From: Ignavibacteriota bacterium
GTDB lineage: Bacteria > Bacteroidota > Ignavibacteria > UBA10030
Direction of reading: 5' to 3'
DNA length: 64,000 nucleotides
Assembly (NCBI GenBank): GCA_963701295.1
Contig: OY969585.1
Location: forward strand, 1,440,001 to 1,504,000
The notes under the pieces are model-generated. The model did not search any database. It worked only from the letters and a program-made list of their open reading frames with translations, and had not been told where the DNA came from. Both the position numbers and the translations under genes were made by a program. This document shows, piece after piece, positions 49,701-58,516 of this stretch. Numbering within the stretch: position 1 is the stretch's first letter; each line of letters starts with the position of its first letter.

Positions 49701-50900
49701 TACTGTTCCTGCTTTACAAAGAGTGACACTTATCGCGGGGCCAATATCACCACCCGTGATGATATTATTATTATGGGCTACCCACTGTTCCCCGTGCAGA
49801 TAAATTCCACCTTGCATCCCGATGAAAGTGCAATATCGAACAGTGTCTCCTAAATTTAAATACGTATCAACACCCGAATCAATCACATTCTCCACAAGGC
49901 AATGATCTGCACCACAAGCATTGTCGGATTCAAAACCTAATCCGCACTGTTCTCCACCTTGTGAGATTCCTAACACGCCGTCCATCTCATGATTTACTGT
50001 GTCATATTTAAACCAGTTGCGCGAACCAAAATAATTATAGATACAAGTCCTGCTTGTTGAATCACAATAACACGAATCAATAAGACAATCATGGGTGCCG
50101 GTGGAAAGGAACATGGCTTCATTCATACAATTCAACGTCTTGATATGCCGCCAAATCAAATGGTCGCCCGTGAGAGCTTTCAGTGCCGTCCGGTAATTTC
50201 TAAACTCTAAGTTCTGTACGGTGACGTAACTTCCATCTGCAAAACTACCCTCTCGGAAGATGTGTAGTTGTCCTGGTGCATTGCTGTCATTTGTCCTTAC
50301 CCATATTGTGTCTGAACCGCCAGCACCTGGGCCATAGCTTGAAGCCACAAAGCTATCCAGAAATTTCCTTAGGCTATCGGCATTGGACAAATAAAACTGA
50401 ATCTCTCCCTCTTGATGTGTCATTTGCTGCCACGCGCCTGAATAATACTCATATCCATACGTCTCCACCGTGCGTCCGCACCACGTTTTGTAATAACCAA
50501 CTCGCCCGGGAACGGCTGTCCATGTATGAAATGACATATCTCCATAGATTATCGGTTTCCCACCTGTGCCATACGCATCTATCACTATACGATTAGATGA
50601 TGTTCCTGTGAATGTTTGAGATATCTCTCCTTCAAAAACGTCTCCCCGTTTAAGCAAAATATGATCCCCCGCATTGAAACTTGACCGCGATATTTTGGTC
50701 AATGTTTGCCACGGAGTCGTTGTGGATGTCCCATTGTTCCCATCATTCCCACTCGATGAACTAACGTAATACGTCGTCTGAGCTAAAAGTGCGACGGGAA
50801 GAATCAACATCAAAAAAAGTAAGCTGATCATTCTTGCCTTTGCAACAGTTGCCAAAGTCTGAGAAAGGATGGTTGAAAAAACCGTTCGTTGAGTTTTCAT
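46710..50900 (-). CDS. Large secreted T9SS-cargo protein: right-handed beta-helix + five Ig-like (ASH/choice-of-anchor-D-like) repeats + F5/8 discoidin (CBM32-like) + T9SS CTD
   Basis: TYYVSSSSGNDGNNG...PWQT...AGDHILLKRG; P..LSFG.V repeats; DGNPTTRWSS...WWQVDL...ARYVR; QNFPNPFNPST CTD. ATG at 50900 (ORF track uses GTG at 50909). Confidence 0.85.
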   Translation of the reverse strand: MKTQRTVFSTILSQTLATVAKARMISLLFLMLILPVALLAQTTYYVSSSSGNDGNNGTSTTTPWQTLTKISRSSFNAGDHILLKRGDVFEGEISQTFTGTSSNRIVIDAYGTGGKPIIYGDMSFHTWTAVPGRVGYYKTWCGRTVETYGYEYYSGAWQQMTHQEGEIQFYLSNADSLRKFLDSFVASSYGPGAGGSDTIWVRTNDSNAPGQLHIFREGSFADGSYVTVQNLEFRNYRTALKALTGDHLIWRHIKTLNCMNEAMFLSTGTHDCLIDSCYCDSTSRTCIYNYFGSRNWFKYDTVNHEMDGVLGISQGGEQCGLGFESDNACGADHCLVENVIDSGVDTYLNLGDTVRYCTFIGMQGGIYLHGEQWVAHNNNIITGGDIGPAISVTLCKAGTVEQLGGTGQDHIYNNTINCFATGQGVESVFGTSATILFEHNDVTGQQSNSNLDKFDATTGLTSINNSFHSPGRFNATPYPNEVFYTSLSAFQAATGLESGSVWNSDASSPTGTLTITPSSFSFGNVIVNTISSKKTYTVQGSNLSPASDSLTITAPSGFTISTDSSSGFTSSKRIAYTGGTLSAKTIYVRFSPTAVQSYTGNITNAGGGATTQNVAVTGSGISAPTPALTVNPTSLSFGNVTINMISSKLTYTLTGLNLSPAADSLTITAPSGFTISTDSSSGFTSSKRIAYTGGTLSAKTIYVRFSPTAVQSYTGNITNAGGGATTQNVAVTGTGISATASALTVNPTSLSFGNVTINTISSELTYTLVGLNLSPASDSLTITAPSGFTISTDSSSGFTSSKRIAYTGGTLSAKTIYVRFSPTAVQSYTGNITNAGGGATTQNVAVTGSGISAPTPALTVNPTSLSFGNVTINMISSKLTYTLTGLNLSPAADSLTITAPSGFTISTDSSSGFTSSKRIAYTGGTLSAKTIYVRFSPTAVQSYTGNITNAGGGATTQNVAVTGTGISATASALTVNPTSLSFGNVTINTISSELTYTLVGLNLSPASDSLTITAPSGFTISTDSSSGFTSSKRIAYTSGTLQPIPKIIYVRFSPTTVQSYSDSITIGGGGAVTKSVFVSGNGLSDLPPPTGTFIASSDTLPERGGSVTLTWTSSNASSASINNGIGTVVTNGSITRIIRATTRFTLILSNINGNTSYVKKVYVRPQKLSRNKALDMPSTASTVELTGDEANKANDGNPTTRWSSAYTDNQWWQVDLQDITTIDHITITWDSSYASQFTISTSLDGLIFTDVVTGYASGPDTIELNFDPVNARYVRLIGIQRGTQLGISFFELGVYESLTTSVESTVQVPSGFLLEQNFPNPFNPSTEIGYQLSTTAEVRLIVYDILGKEIVTLVNQVQQAGHHTVTFNANNLASGMYYARLKAEGKVQIRKMMLTK
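47790..49265. repeat. Intragenic tandem repeat, 345-bp unit, apparently perfect at 690-bp period
   Basis: CCTGAGCTACTATCAGTTGA recurs at 47821, 48166, 48511, 48856 and 49201. Confidence 0.95.
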
Positions 50901-50953
50901 GTTATTCACTCCTTTGGTTTGCTACAATGTTCTTTACATGCGCGTTGCATGCA

Positions 50954-50968
50954 TCAAGCGGAGTTCCA
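50954..50968 (-). promoter_or_regulatory. Sigma-54-like promoter (TGGAACTCCGCTTGA)
   Basis: GG-N10 spacing, with GA instead of GC at -12; about 55 bp upstream of the start. Confidence 0.35.
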
Positions 50969-51256
50969 TGAAAAGTAAAGCGAGTGAAAACGCTCAAAAT
51001 TGATGAAAAACGGATAAAACTGTTGGTCTAAAGGAAAAAGAAGTGAAGGTAGGAAAACGCTGATTGTAGAAAGGTAAAAAAAACTTACAAAGGATAGGAT
51101 AAGGTTGAGTCTGAACTCTTTAAATGTATGGTTATGGAAGAAGTGAGGTGAGAAATCGGTATTGAGAAAGCCTTTCGGATATAAAGAAGTTGCTATCTGA
51201 CGTAATTCATTTTATAGTATTTCAAAACAAGTAAATCACAAGTGCATTTTAGTGTT

Positions 51257-52159
51257 TTACTTTCTTTCCCATCGTGTTGGCTCGAACACAAATCGAACCC
51301 ATTGTGCAAAAAATTCTAATCCATGACTCCGCCAGCGGTTCATAGGATCATTGATGTCTAGATTTGCAGGAGGGAGAACATCGGTCCGCCCAAGTGCAGC
51401 ATCTCTTTTATATTCTTCTACTAATCTCTGTGCTTCGTACTCCGGATGTCCAAGGTGCATCAAGAAGCGATGATCGGTACTTTCAAAAATTGTATAACCA
51501 CCATTTTTAGAATGAGCAAGAAGATTAACTATCCCCTTCGCTCGTGCGGCATCAAGATCACTGTCAGAAATTCCGGAATGCCGGCTTTGCACACACCAGA
51601 AAACATCATCTAAATCACCGGTGATGGGATGAGATCGCTCAAGGTTGCGTGTTTCAAAGACGCCAAAGAGTTTATGCTGATACATCTCTTTTTCAATTTC
51701 CAATATTTTTGCTAACGCTAATCCTCCCCAGCAAATACCGAATGTAGAAGTGATGTTTTGTCTTGCAAAAGCCAGAATGGTCGTGATTTCATCCCAGTAA
51801 TTCACATCTTCATACTTCATTTCTTCCACAGGAGCCCCTGTGAGGATGAGCCCGTCGAGAGGGGACTTCGAGATAGCGTTCTCGAAGTAGTCGTAGTAAA
51901 GCTCAAGGTGATTCTGGTCTGTGCTTTTATAATTATGGGAATGAAGACGAAGCCATACTGGTTCAACTTGAATAATAGTACGGCTTAATGGATAGAGGAG
52001 CAGTGGTTCGTACCATTCTCCTTTTGGCATGATGTTTAAGACGCCGACACGCAGTGGACGGATGTCAGCACGGTTTGCCTCTTCTTCTGAGACACAGAGG
52101 ATACCGCGCTGTTCCAGTTTGCTTCGATGTTTATATTCATTAGGAAGTATGACACTCAT
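51257..52159 (-). CDS. metA: MetA-family homoserine O-acyltransferase, probably O-acetyltransferase
   Basis: VLNIMP, ITGAPVE-type motif (LTGAPVE; Glu here indicates acetyl-CoA preference), ICWG, SRH, GHPEY. Confidence 0.9.
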   Translation of the reverse strand: MSVILPNEYKHRSKLEQRGILCVSEEEANRADIRPLRVGVLNIMPKGEWYEPLLLYPLSRTIIQVEPVWLRLHSHNYKSTDQNHLELYYDYFENAISKSPLDGLILTGAPVEEMKYEDVNYWDEITTILAFARQNITSTFGICWGGLALAKILEIEKEMYQHKLFGVFETRNLERSHPITGDLDDVFWCVQSRHSGISDSDLDAARAKGIVNLLAHSKNGGYTIFESTDHRFLMHLGHPEYEAQRLVEEYKRDAALGRTDVLPPANLDINDPMNRWRSHGLEFFAQWVRFVFEPTRWERK

Positions 52160-52170
52160 AAGATGTCCTG

Positions 52171-54620
52171 TTAGTTCATGGAATGTGATACGTTCACGAT
52201 ATCATTGAAGATACCTGACGCAGTGAGCTTTGCTCCAGCACCGCTGCCGCGTACAACTAATGGTTGACGATACAGACTTCGTGTTGTCAGCGAGACAATG
52301 TTATCGTTGTCGGAGAGATGATAGAACGGATGTTCTGGTGCGATCTCTTCCACACCGATGTGTGCTTTATGGTTGTCGAATCGAGCGATAAACATGAGCG
52401 AACAACTGCGCTTTCTTGCGGCGGCTTTTTTCTTCTCGAGTATCTCATCTGATTCACGCAACGCAGCATCAATATTGGTTCCGTCAAAGATACTTTGTGG
52501 TAGATAGGGCTCTACAAAAATATCGCGCATTTCCATTATGAATCCAGCTTCCCGCACTAAAATAAGAAGTTTACGAGCGACATCTGTTCCGCTGAGATCG
52601 AGACGTGGATCCGGTTCTGTGTAGCCGCACTTTTGTGCTTCTCGCACAGCCTCGCTGAATTTCTTTCCAGCATTCAAGCTGTTAAAGATGAAACTTAGTG
52701 TGCCGGAGAGAACTGCTTCAATCTGTTCGATAGAGTCACCATTATGGACGATGCTTTTAATCGAGTCAATAATAGGAAGGGCTGCGCCAACATTTGTGCT
52801 GTACCGAAATTGTACCCATGTTGCGCAGAAACAATGCGAAGTTGTTTGTAGAAATCGTAGGAAAGTGTGTTTGCAACTTTGCTGGATGTAATGACGGAGA
52901 CACTTGCACCAAGGAGTGTGAGATACTGTTGAACTACACTTTCTACACCGGTGCAATCGATGACAATGGAATTGGCGGCATTGAACTGCTGAACTCTTTT
53001 GGAAAACTCTTGAGGATCTGATACTTGTAGGCTTTCGGCAAGGAGCCGGCTCCATTTTGTAAGATCAATTCCTTGTTCGTTAAAAATCATTTTTTGGCTA
53101 TTTGCTATCCCTATAATTTTAAAACGTGTGCGGAGCGCTGTCCGTGCATATTCCTTCTGATCCTGCAAAAGTTCGAGGAGAGCAGATCCGACAAGACCCG
53201 AACCCAACAGGAATATATTAAGAGTCTTTTGCTGCGACAAAAACAAATTATCATGAAGTGCATTCATTCCTTTCTGCAAGTCGGTTTGTTGCAAGACGAG
53301 TGCCAGATTACGTTCCGATGAACCATATGCAATGGCTCTTGGCTTAATACCGTTGCGTCCAAGGGTCTCAAACACTTTGCCTGTGACACCAGGGATGTTA
53401 TACACTTGCTCACTCACAACAGCAATAATGGAACAATCATTTTCTATTGTAATCGCGGATATCTGTCTGTGGTGGAGTTCTACACGGAATTCCAGTTCTA
53501 CTACTTCGCGTGCAGTACGAATGTGTTCGGATGCAATCGCTAGACAGATGCTATGCTCTGATGAGGATTGAGTTATCAATGTTACTTCGATATCTCTCCT
53601 TGCCAATGTTGCAAAGATGCGCGATGCAATACCGACAGTACGCAAAATGCCTTCACCGGTTACTTTCAACAAGCTGATTTTGTCGATGCATGCTATGCCT
53701 TTTACAGAGCTTCGCTCTGAAGAAGAAGGTTGATCGGAGATCAAAGTGCCCTTGAATTGTTCATTGAACGCATTTCGAATTCGAATAGGAATACGTTTTT
53801 GCAATACTGGAAGTATAGTTGGCGCATGTATGACTTTCGCACCGAAGTGTGACAACTCTAGTGCTTCCTCAAATGTCAATATCTCCAAAGATAAAGCGGA
53901 AGAAACCATTCGAGGATCCGCTGTCATGACGCCATCCACATCTGTCCAGATTTCAATTTCTTTCGCATCGAGAGCCGAACCGAGAATCGAAGCCGTATAG
54001 TCTGAGCCACCACGACCAAGAGTCGTTGTTTCATTGTCAGGACCGCAGGCGATAAATCCCGTTACGACTTGAATTGCATCTCTTTTCTTAAAATGATTGA
54101 GAATATTCCAATTTGTCACATTAAAATCAACTTGTGCAGCTCCGTACGTCAAGTCGGTACGAATAAGTGTGCGGCTGTCAACGTACTCGGCGACAAGACC
54201 GGAGCGATTCAACACATCTGCAATAATAGTACACGAAAGTTTCTCGCCATAACTCATTACATAATCGAGTGTGCGATTAGTAATTTCTCCTAATATCCAG
54301 ATACCATGAATGAATTCACGAAGTTCATGAAATGATTGAACGATAAACCGATGGGAATGTGAATCACTGTTAAACCCTAGAAGTATATCCGCTATAGCTA
54401 TGTGGCGATTCTCTAATTCTCTCAACGCGTTTTCATAGTTTTGGTCTCCGCGGAATGCTTGCTTGCTTGCATCAATAAGTTGATTGGTTATTCCTTCCAT
54501 TGCAGATGCAACGACAGCAATTTCACCGTGTTCTTTTTTCGATTGCTTAATAATGTTGACGACGGATGTAATGCGTTCAGGTGTACCAATGGAAGAGCCG
54601 CCGAATTTCAATATCTTCAT
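52171..54620 (-). pseudogene. thrA: Bifunctional aspartokinase/homoserine dehydrogenase (ThrA/MetL-like), split by a single-base frameshift near 52816
   Basis: KFGGSS, LGRGGSD, DVDG, two ACT domains and G.G.VG are in one frame; TNVGAALP, LSGTL, GYTEPDPRLDLSG and GSGAG are in another. Could be a sequencing error. Confidence 0.85.
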
Positions 54621-54738
54621 TTCGATTTCCTTTCTACGACTATACCCGCTCAATTACAGCTTTAAGAGAAGGGAAGAGGTGTACACTCTTCCCTCGGATT
54701 AATGTTAAACATACTTTTATTTGTTCGAATGAGCACCT

Positions 54739-56064
<1,326 letters not shown>

Positions 56065-56094
56065 TTATTATAGGTTTTTATGTGAAACGTCTAT

Positions 56095-56136
56095 AAAACG
56101 AAAAAGCCTCGTCGGGAAGATTTCCTGAAGAGGCTT
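56095..56136 (-). terminator. SAM riboswitch expression-platform terminator
   Basis: Minus strand: AAGCCTCTTCAGGAA-ATC-TTCCCGACGAGGCTT-TTTCGTTTT. Confidence 0.85.
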
Positions 56137-56147
56137 GGGAGCATCTT

Positions 56148-56269
56148 CTCTTATCTATCCCTCGACGACCTGAGTGTCGCGGGCAGGATTTAGCACCTGC
56201 ATTCCGCTCGTGCGGAACCGGTTGCTAAGGCTTCAACGGGCCTGTTCCCTCAGCCTTTCTTTATAAGAG
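56148..56269 (-). ncRNA. SAM-I (S-box) riboswitch aptamer
   Basis: Minus strand: CTCTTATAAAGAAAGGCTGAGGGAACAGGCCCGTTGAAGCCTTAGCAACC...GGTGCTAAATCC...AGATAAGAG, upstream of met genes. Confidence 0.93.
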
Positions 56270-56332
56270 GCATATTTCGGATTATATCGTTTTTCTAATC
56301 CGTGCGATAATCGTTGTGATCGTCGCTATTAT

Positions 56333-56361
56333 AATATACAACACCTGAGAGCTTTTGTCAA
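56333..56361 (-). promoter_or_regulatory. Sigma-70-like promoter for the met leader
   Basis: TTGACA-17 bp-TATATT. Confidence 0.6.
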
Positions 56362-56460
56362 GTTCCCTTAAAAAATTATTCTTGGCCTGTCTGATTTTGA
56401 TTTCCCACCGAAAAGTATAAAAGCTGCAATTTTTTCTCAATATAATTAGAAATAAAAATT

Positions 56461-56558
56461 AAAAAGCTCAAATAATTGCTCTGTTGGGCTTTTAAAAAAA
56501 CTTCAAGATTCAGATGTTCTTTTGTTTCTTCTGCAACAGGATCAAAGGATTCCTATTT
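56461..56558. repeat. Degenerate direct copy of the hppA 3' end + terminator (58461-58558)
   Basis: Ungapped match at exactly 2000-bp offset; 81/98 identities by my manual count. Confidence 0.88.
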
Positions 56559-56792
56559 ATATGACTAGATAGTCTCATCGATGGTGGATATTCTTAAGAA
56601 GAATTAGGATAATGCCAGTCAAATCCATGCAGTGACAGTAAAGTAGAGCAATATTGTAAGAGAGGAAAGGAAAACAATCGTCTTATTAATGGGGTTCGAC
56701 ATTGTTTCTTGGATTTCCCTGCATCTTGCCATATATTAACTAATACAGTCGCTGAAAATGAATGACCTATTAATGATAAGGAACTGATTTCA

Positions 56793-58475
56793 ATGAGAAA
56801 TATTTTTAATTCGTTGCGCGATTGGCACATAGTAATTGCAATTACCATATTAGTCATGCTCGTCTTTGGGAGGAGTCTGACCTATGAATTTACCAACACC
56901 GATGATACCCAACTGCTCGTTGTTGATCAAGAATATCTTGGAAACCTAGCAAATATTCCCAGACTATTTACTGCAGACGTATTTATCTCGAAGCCGCACC
57001 CATTTGTCTTTTATCGTCCGCTGTTCAATCTTCTATTTATGGTCGAACTGCAATTTGAAAAGAACGGTACGTGGTTGTTTCATCTTACAAATGTTTTGCT
57101 TCATTTTGGATGTTCTGCTATCCTTTTCTTCCTTTTCAAAGAATTAAAAATACCACGGTTGACGGCAGGAATGGCAGCGTGCATATTTTGTGTTCATCCG
57201 ATCAACACTTCGGCGGTGGCCTGGATTCCCGGAAGAAATGATACACTACTGACTCTCTTCATTCTTAGCTCGTTCTTTTTCTTTATTCGTTGGATGGAAA
57301 CGGAGAAAACGTGGCAGTTCTTGTGCCATTGGTTTCTGTTTTTTTTCGCCCTTCTCACGAAAGAATCGGCGGCTTTATTCCCAATTCTATGTTTGAGCTA
57401 TGGATTATATGTGCGCAGGGAAAACCTGGGACGATGGAAAATTATCCTTATGATCGTCACATATTCTTTTGCAACTGCGATATGGATAGCTCTACGAAGC
57501 TTGGTTCACCAAACATATGAAGTACATGATACAAGTATCCAGTTGATAATGGAATCACTTAAAAAATTTCCGGCTCTCGTTTTGTACTTTGGAAACATTT
57601 TTCTTCCGTTTAATCTCTCTGTGTATCCTAACTTTGAGGATCACTCTTTGATATTAGGAGGAATAAGTATTGTTGTGATTGCTGCTTTGGTGCTTGTTAA
57701 GCAGCCTTATCGAAGAGCGATCTTTTGGGGTTTTGCTTGGTTTTTACTTTTTCTTGCTCCCACTTTGATATATGGGACAAATTTTTATGAACATCGTGCG
57801 TATTGTGCTACGGTCGGAATTCTTTTTACTCTCACACAGCTTCGACCGATTCGGGATATAGATTTCTCGAAAACGCCTTATGTAGTAGGATTCGGTGTCC
57901 TCATTTTTTTCTTTTCAATCCTCACGATTTTGCATGTGGAGCATTTCCAAAACCGCCTTACATTTATGACAAGCGCATACCGCTTAGATCCAAGTATCGA
58001 TGAGTCGTATGCGGGTCTTGCCGGAACTTACATGGACGCTGGGGATGATGAGGCTGCTCTGAAAATACTGCAAGCTGGTATATCTCGAAAGCAGGATATG
58101 ATAATTGTTCATAGTATGCTTGGCGATATCTATGCCAACCAGGGAAATTACTCACAAGCGGCTCAAGAGTATAAGGCTTCTCTTCGGATAGAACCGTTGC
58201 GTCTCTTTACCTATCTCAATTACGGCAAATCATGTTTGCAAACAGGCAACTATGATCAGGCAGCGAAACTTTGGAAAACATCGGTGGCAATCAAGCCGGA
58301 ATTTGTTCTCGGCTATTATTATCTGGCAAATTTTTATGTTCACACAAAAATAGATCCTGATTCAGCAATGATCTATGTTCGGAAAATTCAAAGGCAGGGT
58401 GTGGTTGTGATGCCTGAATTACTTGAATCCATTGAAGCTGTAAAAAAACTGCAGAAAATAAAAAAGCCCAACTGA
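56793..58475 (+). CDS. TMTC-like GT-C membrane glycosyltransferase with C-terminal TPRs
   Basis: F...DD acidic motif, YRPL, HLTNVLLH, HP....VAWIPGR, LLTKESA, EHRAY; TPR helices. Confidence 0.82.
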   Translation: MRNIFNSLRDWHIVIAITILVMLVFGRSLTYEFTNTDDTQLLVVDQEYLGNLANIPRLFTADVFISKPHPFVFYRPLFNLLFMVELQFEKNGTWLFHLTNVLLHFGCSAILFFLFKELKIPRLTAGMAACIFCVHPINTSAVAWIPGRNDTLLTLFILSSFFFFIRWMETEKTWQFLCHWFLFFFALLTKESAALFPILCLSYGLYVRRENLGRWKIILMIVTYSFATAIWIALRSLVHQTYEVHDTSIQLIMESLKKFPALVLYFGNIFLPFNLSVYPNFEDHSLILGGISIVVIAALVLVKQPYRRAIFWGFAWFLLFLAPTLIYGTNFYEHRAYCATVGILFTLTQLRPIRDIDFSKTPYVVGFGVLIFFFSILTILHVEHFQNRLTFMTSAYRLDPSIDESYAGLAGTYMDAGDDEAALKILQAGISRKQDMIIVHSMLGDIYANQGNYSQAAQEYKASLRIEPLRLFTYLNYGKSCLQTGNYDQAAKLWKTSVAIKPEFVLGYYYLANFYVHTKIDPDSAMIYVRKIQRQGVVVMPELLESIEAVKKLQKIKKPN

Positions 58476-58493
58476 TTGCTCAATTGGGCTTTT
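58461..58493. terminator. Bidirectional terminator after hppA, overlapping the TMTC-like stop codon
   Basis: AAAAAGCCCAA...TTGGGCTTTT. Confidence 0.8.
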
Positions 58494-58516
58494 GAAAAGA
58501 CTTCAAGAATCAGATG

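Noticed and set aside
52795-52830. Programmed -1 ribosomal frameshift in AK/HSDH
   Set aside because: No X XXY YYZ slippery heptamer at the switch point; a point deletion or sequencing error is simpler.
56594-56857. 87-aa minus-strand ORF inside the 2-kb insert
   Set aside because: Overlaps the start of the TMTC-like gene head to head and has no recognisable motif.
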